A stretch of DNA of 63,040 nt, counting the filler, from Reclinomonas americana ATCC 50394 (Eukaryota): NCBI GenBank assembly GCA_048213135.1. It is 14 parts of 14 records of this genome, joined end to end, with 100 filler letters (N's around TTAATTAATTAA, not from the genome) between each part and the next. Parts side by side here need not be neighbours in the genome. Positions count along the whole stretch, not along the records: positions 50,069 to 52,861 come from AFZH01019101.1; positions 52,962 to 56,018 come from AFZH01019102.1; positions 56,119 to 60,266 come from AFZH01019103.1; positions 60,367 to 63,040 come from AFZH01019104.1; 10 more parts are not named here. One strand, 5' to 3'. The number at the start of each line of letters is the position of its first letter. Position 1 is the stretch's first letter. This document shows positions 50,137 through 63,040 of the stretch, one piece after another. The position numbers and the translations under genes were made by a program. The notes under the pieces were generated by a model. That model was not told where the DNA came from and did not search any database. It saw only the letters and a list, made by a program, of their open reading frames with translations.

Positions 50137-52584
50137 TCACTGCGCCTCCGCCTCCACCTTCTTACTCTTCGCCGTCTTCCTCCGCCCCGTTCCACTGCCC
50201 CCCGGACGCTTGCCTTTTGGCGGCGACGCCGATGGATCCACGGTGGCCGCCGTCGCGCGTTTTCGCCGTTTCTTCGCCGGCTCCAAAAAGTCGGCAAAGT
50301 CATCGTCAAACATGCCGTACCCTGTGCGCCAAGAGTGAGGAACAAGGAAAACTTCTTGGAGAAGTGAGAACGCTCACCGCTTTCCTCCATCATTTGCATG
50401 TGCAGCGCCATTGCCACGTCGCGATCCTCTTGCTCCTCCTTGGTCAACTTCGTGCTACCACCGCCACCGCCAGTGGGCGACGAGTTGGAGGAGGACGCGG
50501 CCTGCCCGCTGCCACCGCTGGTGCGCTTCTTCTTTCGCGACCCAGAGCTGCCGCCATTGGCCGCCGTCGGTGTGGTTGTCGTGGTGGTAGTGGTGGTTGA
50601 CGAAGTGGCCGAGGTGCCGCCATTGGCCAGCGACGCGAGCGAAGAAGAGGAGCGGCAGGAGCTGAGCATGGCCGCCGCTTGCTCCTCGTTGCCGTTGGCC
50701 AGCGCAAACTCGGCCGCCTCGCGGATACGCGCCTCTCGTCGCTCCTCGGCCTTGCGTCGCGCCGCCTCACGCAGCGCCGCCATTTCCTCGTCGTTCGGCT
50801 GCGGACCCGGCTTACTGCGACCCTCCACCACACCCTCCACTCGTCTCATCAGCACCAGCGTGCGCAGCTCCAGCTCCTCGATCTCCTGCTCGATCGCCGC
50901 CACGGCGCGCGGCGACAACTCGTCAGAGGACGCCGATAATACCTCCTGACCGGCCTGCCCCCCAACAATGAAAAAGGCAACAATGAACACAGCCAGGCTC
51001 GACCTTCACAGAGGGTGGGGGAAGGGGTGACGAACCGCTCGTGCGCTGGCCTCGCGCTGCAGAAGGAGGCTTTGCACTTCCAAACGCTTGCTTCGTTTCA
51101 GCAGGCACAGCTCTTCGTCGTCGACTTGGCGGGCGATTTCCTCGGGGGACAATTCGTACCTGCGGGAGAGGGAAAGTAAAAAGGGAAGCGGTGAGGGGAA
51201 GGGGCGACAGGCGAGCAAGCGGGCTGCTGGATTCAGCGAACGGCGGACAAATGAGAGACAGAAAATCGAGGAAGTGGAGAGAGAGAGACAGACGGAGAGA
51301 GAGAGGGAGAGAGAGAAGAGAGAGAGAGAGAGACGAGGGTTATGCAGTCTGATTGTGAGGTGAACAGGAATGCACAGACAGCGGAAACGAGGTAGACGCG
51401 AGAAGTGACGCGAGGCAACAGAAATGCCAGGCTTGAAACGATGCAGAGCAAGAAGAGCAGACGCAATGTGTGAGTGTCTGTGAAATGCGCAGTCCACCTC
51501 TTGCCCTTCAAGGCCCATCCTTCCCATTCCTCTCCCTTCCCTCCCCTCCCTTAAACTTTCAGGTGCCGCAACTTTTCACGATTGCGCGCCCGCTGTCGCT
51601 CCACCTCCTCGCGCGACAGATTGCCCTTGCTGTTGATAATGATGCCACTCTTGAGCTGCACGGTCTTGTCCTCCTCGACCAGCCGCTGATTGTCGTAGAA
51701 CACGCGACGTGGGTCGATCTTGAGGTTCTCCAGTGCTGCATGCGATGCGGCAAAGGGTGTGAGTGTTCCCAACGACGATCTGCAAGAACGGAAAGAAGTG
51801 CGCGCCCTCTCTGCCATGCACGCAACTTTGCAGACTCTGCTGACCCAACAATCGCTGCGTCTGGTTCGACAGCTGCGAGATGGTCTTGCCCGGTAGAATA
51901 CAGTCGTGAACCAGGCGCATCCATGAGCCTGTGCAAGGAGTGAGCGCACGATCGTGCAAAGAAGGAGGAAGGAAGAGAGACTGACCAACGCCAAACTTGC
52001 ACAACGCCAGCGTCAGCGTGTGCGATTCCTCCGCAGTCCACCCTGCGCAGCATGGTGACTGAGTGAAAAGAGCAACAATCGATCGCCAGTGATCGCACTC
52101 AAACTCTTTGCCATTCTCTATCTCTCACTCCCTCTTCTGCAATCTGTACACAGCTTGCGTGAGAGAAAAGATTCAAGATTCTCACTCCAGTATCAGCTTT
52201 CTCTCTCTGCCTGCAGAGGAAAACGCAAAGAAAGAAAGGCACATTGTTTCTCACACCAACTGCCGCTGTGAATACGTGCACGGGTGTCACAGAGCGATTG
52301 AGTCGGAGAGTGACTCGAGTTGTCCTCGTTCTCTCTCCCTCTCCCCACACTCACACACACACACACCCTGCCTCTGTGAGCACACGCACGTGTTTCACTG
52401 AGCGAATGAAAGAGACAGGGACGAGGATTGTTCCCTCATCTCTCCCTCTCTCTCTCTCTTCTCCTTCCTCATATTCCCTCGCTCACTCCCTGTCTCTGCG
52501 AGTGTGCATGCCTGCCACAGAGCGACAGAAAGAGAGACTTTCACACGTCAGCAGTGTTTTTCTCTCCTCTTCTATCTCCCCGCT

Positions 52585-52644
<60 letters not shown>

Positions 52645-52722
52645 TCGAGTGCACAAGTGTGTCACTGATCAACTGTGTCAGAGGAAGAATCACAATGCCC
52701 TCTCTGTGCTCTCCTCTGCGCT

Positions 52723-52787
<65 letters not shown>

Positions 52788-52961
52788 GTGTCACGCACGA
52801 CGTATTAGAAGTACAAAGACACAACAAGTAACGTCGTTCTCACTGCTCGTACCGTACGACGNNNNNNNNNNNNNNNNNNNNNNNNNNNNNNNNNNNNNNN
52901 NNNNNTTAATTAATTAANNNNNNNNNNNNNNNNNNNNNNNNNNNNNNNNNNNNNNNNNNNN

Positions 52962-53021
<60 letters not shown>

Positions 53022-53104
53022 GTGTCACACTGAGCGATTTGAAAGTCAAAGACACACAGAAGCGTTCTCACTCTGTCACTCTCTCATTCTCTTTCCTCTC
53101 TGTG

Positions 53105-53149
<45 letters not shown>

Positions 53150-53292
53150 CTCTTCCCCTCTCTTCTCCCCTCTTCTTCCCCTCACTTCCCCCCAACTTTC
53201 CCTCACATTCCCCTTCTCCTCTCTCACTCACCCGACGCCTGCGTCCTATTATACAAACTCGCACTATGCGCCTCATACTTCTCCGCAGCCAT
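50137..53292 (-). CDS. Myb/SANT-like domain protein with coiled-coil and basic C-terminus
   Basis: Spliced model MAAEKYEAHSASLYNRTQAS-GWTAEESHTLTLALCKFGVG-SWMRLVHDCILPGKTISQLSNQTQRLLGQQSLQ-TLENLKIDPRRVFYDN...KSGIIIN...NREK-YEL. It ends AKKRRKR...KKVEAEAQ-TGA. Confidence 0.72.
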
Positions 53293-53937
53293 TCTCTCTC
53301 TCTCACACACTCCCTGTCTCTCTCTCTAAGGTTTGCCACACAAAATGGCGGCAAGCCCGCGAGCACGGAGATGACCGTTTCAGTCCAATTGTCCCGCACA
53401 AAGCAAAAAAAAAAGAGAGAGCGCGCGCGCGCGAAAATAACGTTTTGTGCTCTGCATATCACAACACACGCACACTGAGCAGACTGACACATGTGCGTGC
53501 ACACACATAGAGAGAGGCAGTTGTGTGCGTTCTTTGTCTCAGTGTGTGTTTGTGCGTGAAAGAGTGTGTGTTGGTTTGGTTTCATTGCACTCCTCTCTGC
53601 TCTCTCTCTCTCTCTCTGTGTCACACGCACGCACGCACACACACACACACAGACACACACACGCACAGAGCAAGAGAGGCAGTTATGCGTGCGTGTGTGT
53701 GTGATTGGTCAGTGTGCACTCATTGTCACAGTGTGCGATAGTTTCATTGCACTCCTCTCTGCCCTCTCTGCTCTCTCCCTCTCTCTTTCCCCCCATCACA
53801 CACAGAGAGAGAGAGAGAGATCACATGCGCGCGTGCGTGAGTTTGCTCACTGTCACTGTCACTCACTCAAAATTTTTGGCGCGCAGACACACCACCTGTT
53901 CCATCCAACTCTCTCTTTTTTCTTTCCAACAACAGCC

Positions 53938-55831
53938 ATGTCCGCCACCACACTGCGACGAGTGGCAGCCATTGCGCTTCTGCTCACCGTGTGGTGCGTG
54001 ATGAGCGCGGGCGAGGCACAAGCCGTAATCAGGATTGCCGCCCCGACTCTCGTCGACCTGACCGGAGGCACCTGCAACACTGGTCCGCCCATTCAGACCA
54101 TCAAGACCATTCCTGTCTCCGGCAGCGGCTTCGAGCAGGCCACGCTGACGGTGTATCAGAACAACAACTGCACGGGATCGCCGACGTTTACGATTACCGC
54201 CTCGCAGCGGCAGCTCATCTCGGCCACCTCGATGAGCATCGACTTCAACGCCACCGCCTTTATTGCGCGCACGCGTAACTTTGATTACTTTTTCCTCTGC
54301 GCCACGCCCACGTCGACGGGCGTGACGGCGCAGACGGGACTGCGTGTCAACATCTTGCCGTGCCTCACCAACAAGGTGTACCTCTCGGCTGCCGTCAGCA
54401 ATCAGCTCATTACGCCCGTCGATGCCTCCGGCTTTGCGCAGGGCGATACGTTTGCCGTGTTTGATAACTCGGCGTGCTCGGGACTGCCGCTGAACGGCAT
54501 GACGGTGTCGATGACGACGTTCTTCAACTACGACAGTGTCGTGTTCAGCTTCAGCACCACCGGCATCACCACCTCCAAGACCGGTCTCTCGCTGTGCATC
54601 GACACCGGCTACAGTGTGTACCAGGTGGTCACCAACAGCTTCATCAACATTAGTTTCGTGGACACGGAGGAGGAGAAGGGGGAAGCGGCGATATTTTTTT
54701 TTTGAAACTCACTCTTTTGTCCTCTTTTCTCACATAGTCGCCGCCAAGCTGGACCTCGATCGCCTGCCGCACGGTGTGTCGAATGTGCTGATCACCGCCA
54801 CCGATCTGAACATTATCAACCCGAACGCCGTGTTTATCGACTCGGTGGCCGACTGCTCCTCGGGCGTCTCCATCACCAACACGTCGGTGTCGTCGTCGGT
54901 CAGCCCGCTGACGCCGTCGGATCTGCTGCTGCGTGTGTCGACTCGTGGATCGTGCTTGACCACCGGTCGCGCCACCCCCCGCTTCAACCCGTACCAGATT
55001 TGCGCGCAGTGGACGAGTGAGAACACGGGTTCTCGATTGGCGTTCCTCACCATCGAAGGTTTGAAGGACAAGGGAAAGGGAGAAGGGAGGGTGAGAGAGA
55101 GAGGGGGGCGGTGGGAGAGAGGAGGGGTTGGTGTGGGTGAGAATAAGCCGGCGGGAGATATGTGCGTTTCTTCAGTTGCGCTGAGCAAATGAGAGGACGG
55201 GAGGAAGTGTGTGTTTATTGAGAGAGAGACGAGAGACGAGAGACGGACAGGAGAGAGGAAGGGCTTCAGTTGCGCTGAGCTCTGTTATCTTGTCTGTTGA
55301 ATGAGAGGTCGGGAGGAAATGTGTGTTTATTTGAGAGAGAAATGAGTCGGGGTGGCGCTTATGCGCTGTGCGTCCTTTTGCGCGAAAGTGTAAAGGGTTC
55401 ATCATGACTGGGGACGCGAGACAGGGAGGGATTATATGCTCGTGGTGGATTGCTGTTTTCGCGCAGCCGTGTCTCGCTTTTTCTCATCTTGAACGAGAGA
55501 GCAGAATGTCTTTGTACGTGTTATTGTATGTGTGGGTGAGAGAGATGGCGTGCTCCTACTTTTTTGGTTAGCTGCAGAGAGAGTAAGGAGGGAAGGATTT
55601 TTTTGCTCTGAAGTTTCGCTCGTGTCTGTATTTTACTTTCTCTGACCGTTGATTGAGAGACGAAAAGGGAGAGTGTGTTGTTGTGCGGGGCGTGGGAGGG
55701 AGAGGGACGCAATGCATCGTTGGTCTTTGGGAGCGTGAAAGAGAAAGACACAGCTTTTGCCCCCGTGATTTCTCGTGTTTCTGTTTCCTGCTTTCTCTGG
55801 CAGGTCAGTGAGTGAGAAAAGGAGGAAGAGT

Positions 55832-55878
<47 letters not shown>

Positions 55879-56172
55879 GTGCGTGCTCCTACTCTTTTGC
55901 TTTGCTACAGAGAGTATGGAAGGATATTGTCTTTCATCTTGGCTTGTTTCGTTGTGTATTCCACTATCTCTGTCAGGTGAAAAGATGGGAGTGTGTTATT
56001 GTTGTGTGTGAGAGAGAANNNNNNNNNNNNNNNNNNNNNNNNNNNNNNNNNNNNNNNNNNNNTTAATTAATTAANNNNNNNNNNNNNNNNNNNNNNNNNN
56101 NNNNNNNNNNNNNNNNNNGGAGAGGGAGACCTCATGGTGCTGATCTTTGGGAGCGTCAGAAAAATCTCTCTA

Positions 56173-56203
<31 letters not shown>

Positions 56204-56397
56204 CGCACACAGTTGATAGAGAAAAGCGAGATTCAGACATGGGAGAATAGCTCTCAACTTGACAGACAAAGAGCAGCCACTTTCTCTCTCGAGATTTTGG
56301 TTACCCTTGTTTCACCCTTGTCTCTTTCTATGACTGTGGTGGAGGAAGACACGCTGTTCCTCTGTGCGCAAGTGAGAAGGCAAAGATGCTCACGGCT

Positions 56398-56428
<31 letters not shown>

Positions 56429-59400
56429 GACTTACGGCTACATACTCTCTCTTCTCTTCCCCCTCATCCCTCTTCCTGTGACTCACCCTTCTCCCTTTCC
56501 CCCTTCTCCCCTTCTTCCCCCTTCTCGCAGCCTTCACCGACGACCCACGATGGACGTTCCCCACTGACTACCCGCTGAACGAAAAGTTCGTGCTCTCCGT
56601 CTGGGGCGAGTTCACCGACTGCATCAACTTCTCGCTGGTCCGCGCCACCGACGCCTGCACGGCCACCAACGACGCCTCGCTCACCGTCAACACGTCGAAC
56701 TCGGTCAGCAACGAGGTCAACGTGCTGCGCTACAACCGCCGCGGCACCTACGGCACGTACGGTCTGCAGGTCACCGGCAAGGTCGGCGTCTCCTTCAAGA
56801 TCTGCTACAACTCGTACTGCCCTCCCACGGGCTGCGTCGGCGACTGGCTGTCGATTCCCACCAAGATGGAGGGCACCACCGGTTACTTCACGATTGGTTC
56901 CATGACCGAGTCGGCAATCATCGATGCTTCGATTTCATCGCCGACGGAGGTGAGACGGCGGGAGGCAAAGGGCGGGTGGGAAAAGAGGGAAGGGGAGAGG
57001 AGAGAAGAGAGGGAGAGTGGTCGGGGCGGGCAAAGGATGGACAGAGTGTGTGTGAGAGAGATATGTGTGCGTGTGAGAGAGAGAGAGAGAGAGTGGGTGT
57101 GTGATAGAGTGAAGAACGTGTGTGTGCGTCTGTGAGTGGGTGAGTGGAGTTTGGTGTGTGAGTACAAGTGTGTGCTGTCTCTCTCTCTCTCTTTGCGTTT
57201 GCGTGTGTGCGTGTGCGTCGAGGAGAGTGTGTGTCTTTTGTTTTGTGTGTGTGCTAGCGCATGTGTGTATGAGAGAAGCGAGACATGTAGGAATGTGTGG
57301 GAGAAGGGAAATCTGACGTATCTGCGCGAGGGCGATAGACAGAGTGTGCAGGACACTCTGCGAGTGCGTGTTTGCTTGTTGTATGTCTTCGCGATGAAAA
57401 GAGTGACAAAGGGCGAAGAAACAGACAAGGAGCAGGATATTGTGTGCGAGTGTGACTCGGTGTCTCTGCGATAGAGAGGACGTGGGGGGCGGAGCGGAAG
57501 GATAAGAAGAAGTAGAGAGTTTGTGTGCTTGTTCAACGCGTAGTGAGAAAGTGCAGGAGACAGCAAGTAGCTGTGTGTGTGCGTGTGCGTAAGGGAGAGA
57601 GGGGATAACGGATAAGCGCGTGGAAAGTTTGCTGACCCTCCTTCTGCTTCTCTTCCCCCATGTACAGCTGGCCAACAGCCAGTTTGCCACCGGCAGTGGT
57701 ACCCGCACGTACTCGTACACGTACACCTTCTCGCGCGTGTTCGCCAACGTGCCGCAAGTGCTGTCCGGCATTAGCGCTCTCGACATCCCGGCCGACTCGG
57801 ATGCGCGCATGTTCTGCGCTCACGAGAAGGTCACCACCACCAACATGTCCGTCCGGTGCACGGCGTACGAGACGTCCAAGATCACCTCGTTTGCCATTAC
57901 CGGTGAGTGGAGGAGAAGGGGGAAGGGAGGGGCAGGGCAGGGAAGGAAAGAGAGGAAAGATGTAAGAACAGATGGACAGGTGACGTGTGCCAGAATGTGT
58001 GTCGCAGAGAAGACTGTTTGGGGAGGACAAGTTGCAGAAGTGATCAGTTCGCGTTGCATGCCGGCAGATGGACAAGTTGGAAGAATGTGTTTAATTGGAT
58101 GTGCGCCGCGCTAAGATGCGCCAAAGAGGAGGCAGTCTTACAGCGAGACAGTAATCCAGCAGTTTGCACGCTGCAGTCGTCAGAGGTTGGAAGCAGCAAT
58201 CTTTTGTGTGTGCGTTGTGTGTCTGTCTATGTCTCTGTCTGTCTGTCTGTCTATCTGTCTGTCTGTAAATCTGTCTGTCTGCCTGCCTGTCTGCCTGTCT
58301 TTCTATGTCTCTGTCTGTTTGTCTGTGTATGTGTGTCTGTCGCTTCATTTATGTGTCTCTGAATTGTAGAGCACGAAAGTACTCTGTGTCTGAGTGGGAC
58401 CGCGCCATTCTGTCCGTCTGATTCAACTTTACTCCCATCTTCCGTCTGCTTGCGACATTGCAAATCGTGCAGTACCTCCTACCCTCTCCCTCTTCTCTCT
58501 TCTCTCCTCTCCTTCCCTTTCCCTATCTGCCCTTACCCTTCTTCCTCTCCTCCCCTCTCCTCTCCTCTCCTCTCCTCTCCTCTCCTCTCCTCTCCTCTCC
58601 TCTCCTCTCCTCTCCTCTCCTCTCCTCTTCTCTCCTCTCCTCTCCTCTCCTATCCTATCCTATCCTATCCTATCCCCTTCTCCCTTTCCTCCTCTCCTCC
58701 CTTCCCCTTTACTCACCCTCTCCCTTTTTCCCTCTTTCCCCGCAGTGCTGGCCACCTACACCGCCCGCGACATTGGCAAGGTCAAGTCGGGCCTGCTGGA
58801 CCTGTCGTCGTCCGCACAAAAGGACTGGTGGACATTGCCGACGAACGGCGAGGTCACACCGCGCGCACAAGAGCAGTCGGTGACGCTCGATTCGTACAGC
58901 GCCACCCCATCGCTGGTGTTTGCTCTGCGACACTTCCACATCAGTGGCAACAGCGATCACAACTTCTACGGCGAGATTGCGCAGGCGAACCCGCGACAGG
59001 GTGCCGTCTATCGGTGAGTGGAAGTAGGGAAAAGGGATAGGGAGGAGATATGAAGAGGGTGGGTCTGCCTTGTGTTGATCAAATTGTCTGTTTCGTGCGC
59101 GTTACATGTGTTTGTCTGTCTCTTTCTCTCTTTCTCAATTATATTCCTTTTTTCTCTCCGTGCTCGGTGTGTGTCTGTTGTTTCATTATTCTGTGTGTCG
59201 TGTCGTGTCTCAGTTGTTTCCCTTTGTTTTTCTCTGCTTGCTTGGTTCTTGTCTGCTGGGTCATTCTTCTGTGCATCTTTGTCTCTTTGTCTCAGTTGCT
59301 TTTCTCTGCTCGCTTGGTGTGTGTCTGTTATGTCTGTACTTCTGCGCATCGGTGTCTCTGTGTCTGAGTCCTTGTTTTCTCTGCTTACATGTGCGTGTGT

Positions 59401-60222
59401 GTGAGTGTTCTCTTTTTCTTTTTTCTGTCTGGCTGTCTGCCCCCTTGTCTCTCACTCTTTCTTTCATTTCAGTGTCTCTGCTTGTGTTGTGTGCGTCTTC
59501 CTTCGTGTCTCAGTTCTTCTCGCTTCTTCTCGTGCCTTTCATTCTTTCTCATCTTGTTTGTCTCTCTCTATGTGTGAATGTTCGTCTACTGTGACTTTGC
59601 TTTCTGTCTCTTGTTCTCTACCAATCTACGTATCCTCTCTCTGTCTCTCGGATTCTGTCTGTCTTGTTGTTTATCAGTTTCAGTTTGTTTGAGAGATTAC
59701 ACGTATTTGTGTCTGTTCACTCTCTTCTCCCTCACACTCTTTTTTTCCTTTCTTTCTTTCTTGCTTTCTCGCTCTCTATCATTTTCTCTCCCAAACTCCA
59801 TCTTCCTTGTCTTCCTCTCTCTACTTCTCCCTCTCCCCCCCCCCTTCCCCCTTCCCGCCTTCCCCTCACCTCCTTCCCCTTTTACCCCCTTCCAGCGCCA
59901 CCGTGTTCGACACCACCCGCGTGCACCGCCTGTCCTACAGTTTCTTCGCGTTCCCAACCGACGCCGAGTCCGGTTACGGTCTGCAAGCCGACGAGGCAAC
60001 GCTGAAGATCCCGTCACTGGCGCCGTGCCGCACCATCACCTTCCGCCCCGCCTTTGTGGCCACCACCATCCCGCAGGTGGTCGCCTTCATCCGAGGGTGG
60101 TCGCTCGACACCACATCGGCTGCTGGCGTTCCCACCGGCTTCGCCTTCAACTTGCAAATTGCCAACATTAGCAACACCGGTTTCTACGTGTGCGATGGCA
60201 GTCTCACTTCGACTGGCACTTG
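53938..60222 (+). CDS. Secreted Cys/Thr-rich repeat protein with three tandem H-type lectin-like domains; 3' end lost in gap
   Basis: Signal peptide MSATTLRRVAAIALLLTVWCVMSAGEAQA, then ~90-100 aa modules with paired Cys. H-lectin-like segments: YTFSRVFANVPQVLSGISALDI...VTTTNMSVRC, VTLDSYSATPSLVFALRHFHI...YSFFAF and ITFRPAFVATTIPQVVAFIRGWSL...ISNTGF. Confidence 0.7.
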
Positions 60223-60753
60223 TGAGTCATCTCGTCCCCACGCCTTCTCATTCTTGCGACACTCTCNNNNNNNNNNNNNNNNNNNNNNNNNNNNNNNNNN
60301 NNNNNNNNNNTTAATTAATTAANNNNNNNNNNNNNNNNNNNNNNNNNNNNNNNNNNNNNNNNNNNNGAAGAAAGCATGGCGAGTGAAAAGGGAAAATATG
60401 CAGGTTGACTTGCAAAAGTGCAATTACCAGCGGTAGTTATCTGAGAAGAAGAGTGCGGGGGCGGGGAGGGAGGAACACAACGGGAGAGGAAAGAAAGGGC
60501 TTTTAGAGAGCACCAGTTCCGATGCACGGATATCGAAGTGAAAAGCGCGGCGATTGCTGTTTGTGATACAGGTGGACTTAGCCATCACTCTGTAGAAGGT
60601 AACCAGCACCTCTCGCGCACACAGCCTGGACAAGCGCAAACATGCAAAACAGTCTCAAAGTGCAGAATACGAAGGGCAATTGGTGTTTTCGTTTCCCTCC
60701 GATCGACTCATATGCGCCTGTTGTCTTCACTCTTCCCGTGGTGCTCACTAGTC

Positions 60754-61292
60754 ATGGTCAGTGTGTGCATATGTGATCATGTCATGCATATGTGTGTGTG
60801 TGTGTGTTTGAGGAAGAATGCTCTCGCGATGTGCGCTGCTTCTCACTACTGTGCGTCTCTCTTCTTCGTCAATGATGGTGTCGCGTGTGCATGTGCTGCA
60901 GCCGCCAAAGAAGAAGAGCAGTGCGGAGAGTGCGGCAGCGGGAGGCAAGGCGGCGGAGAAGAAGGCCAAGCAGAAGGCAGTTGCGTGTGAGAGGGAGAGA
61001 TGAGGGAGAGAGAGAGAGGAGGGAGTGTGTGTGTGTGTGAGGAGGGAGAGAGGGAGGGGAAGGGGAGAGAAAGTGTGTGAGAGAGAGAGAGCAAGGAGAG
61101 AGGAGAGGAACAGCACTCGGGAGAGAGTGATTGTTAGAGAGTGCAATGCATTTTCTCAGGCACCTTGCTTGTTGTACACACACACACACACACACTGTGC
61201 AGACTCAAAGAGTCCAGTTTATGTCAAAGACGTCTGCAGGTGCCTTAGTTGTTGTGCCTGAGAGTGTGCAGAGTCACAAAGAGAGTGAGCGA

Positions 61293-61328
<36 letters not shown>

Positions 61329-62469
61329 CACGCAGGGGGTGCATTTTTCTCAGGCACCTTCCTTTTCTGCGCACAGACAAAGACACACACACCTCTGCAC
61401 ACCCCCACACTCGCATACAGAGCCCAGTCTACATCAAAGACGTCTGCAGGCGCCACAGTTGTCGCCTTAGAGCACGCGAACTCAAACTGAGAGAGAGAAA
61501 GAAAGAGATGCATTTTTCTCTAATTGCCGCTTACACACACCGTCTTGTCCCTCTCACACTGTCTCCCCTCCCTTTCTTTCCTGTTCTTCCCCTCTCCTCC
61601 CTTTCCCTCCCCTCTGCACAGGCACAAGAGCGACGACAATGGCTGCAAACGCGCATCTCCGACGGCCGCAACGTGCCAGACTACTTTGCCGTTCTGGTGC
61701 CCTTCTTTTCGCGTTTCGAGTGCTCTGCCCCTGCCTCTTCTCCTTCAGCTCCTCCGGCTCCCCCGCTCGATGAAGGAGCACCTCCACCACCTCCACCCCC
61801 ATTATCCGCATTTGTGCTGCGCTACTACACGGACGAGACGATGCCGAAGGAGCTGGTGGGGTGGTGCTTTGATCTGCTGAAGCACAACATGAAGACACTG
61901 TTGCGTGTGCGTGTCGCTTCAATTGGCGTGCGGAAGCTCATGGTGTGGCAGGTACGAGGGAGTGTGGGGCTGGTCGGACTCGAAGAAGCGCGGCGAGCTG
62001 AAGGATTCGGAGGCGCGCTTTGTGGTGGCGTTTGATGAGAGCGACAACTCGCCGCAGGTGCGTGCACCCACGCTCTCCTTCCCCTGCCCCTGTCGTTGAC
62101 ATGTGCGGGGCGCAGGCGTTCTTGCACCTGCGCTTCATCGACATGGAGGACCAGCCGGCACTGTACGTGTACGAGATTCAGGTGACAGAGGCGGCGCGGT
62201 CGCGCGGACTCGGCCGCTTCCTCATGCAGATCACCGAGGCCATTGCGCGCAAGTCCGGCATGTGGAAGGTCGGGCTGACGGTGTTTGACGCCAATGTCGG
62301 CGCGATGCGCTTCTACAAGGAGCGGCTCGGGTACGCGCAGGATGCGGGGTCGATGCGCGACCCGGCCGATCCGGAGTCGTCTGGGGGTGGAAGTGGTTCG
62401 TCGTCGTCGAGGGGTTTCCAGGTCTTGAGCAAGGAGTTGCCGCGGCGGCCTGAGGATGCTGATAAGTGA
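60754..62469 (+). CDS. NAA40: N-alpha-acetyltransferase 40 (NatD, histone H4/H2A N-terminal acetyltransferase)
   Basis: WCFDLLKHNMKTL-YEGVWGWSDSKKRGEL, AFLHLRF, LYVYEIQVTEAARSRGLGRFLM, KVGLTVFDANVGAMRFY and FQVLSK. The ATG-only first exon at 60754 is tentative. Confidence 0.88.
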
Positions 62470-63040
62470 GGGGAGGGGGAGGAGAGGGGAAAGGGAAGAG
62501 AAGGAGAAGGACAAGGGAGGAGGGAGTGAAATAGATTAATTGGTGATGGGATGAAGGGGGAAGGGGGAAAGGGTGGAGAGAAGGGGAAGAGAGGGCGAGG
62601 ATGAGCAGGACAAGTTGGCGGAGAGAAGGGATGACGTGGGAGCCAATTTCTTTTTTTTTTTTTTTTTTTGAAGAGGGTGACGAGGAAGGTTCCGAGAACT
62701 GACTGTCGAGGGCAACGGACAGACAGCAGAATTTCGAAGCAGAGAAAACAGAACCGCAGATAGAAAGGTGGGAAGACAGAGGGAATATGGAAGCAAGCAG
62801 AGTACATCTCAGAAAGTGAGAGCGACGGCGACGAGAGCGTTGTACCTCATACCGCTGCTTTTCATCGCAAGAGGCTAGCAAGGAAATTTTCTCTCTTTAC
62901 ATTGTTCTTTGAAGGGCGCGCATAACCATAGATGCCTGTCGAGCGTTTTCTCCCTGTCCCTGTTGTCTCGTCTCTCCTCCCCTCTCCTCCCCTCTCCCTT
63001 TCTCGCCTCCTCCTTTCCTCTCCTCTCCTCTCTCTCTCCC

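Overview
This is a draft scaffold from an intron-rich unicellular eukaryote, built from 14 contigs joined by 13 artificial N44-TTAATTAATTAA-N44 linkers. Introns are GT-AG and mostly about 60-80 nt, and GA/CA microsatellites are abundant. Manual splicing gives, in order: an ABCA transporter locus (+), a METTL21-like methyltransferase (+), CLASRP (-), TRAPPC5 (+), two tandem ankyrin/coiled-coil kinase paralogs (+), an orphan intronless ORF (-), a 3xRRM hnRNP-like gene (-), an ankyrin pseudogene fragment (-), a RasGEF-class I PI3K fusion (+), RFC4 (-), a Myb/SANT-like gene (-), a secreted protein with three H-type lectin domains (+) and NAA40 (+). The most notable item is the 20.7-28.6 kb accessory cluster. 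Its two paralogs share a promoter, an MG- (putative myristoylation) first exon, ankyrin repeats that differ mainly at binding-face positions, a Pro-rich linker and a coiled coil, but they carry different outputs. One ends in a Pelle/IRAK-type kinase. The other ends in a HEPN-like RNase domain (RxxxxH) plus a TKL-like kinase, resembling a domain-permuted RNase L and suggesting an innate-immune sensor-effector family. Also notable are a frequent second class of 5' splice site, (non-G)|GTTGCG, which looks like a shifted-register donor, and the RasGEF-PI3K fusion. All gene models and domain calls come from reading the sequence by eye; no database searches were run.
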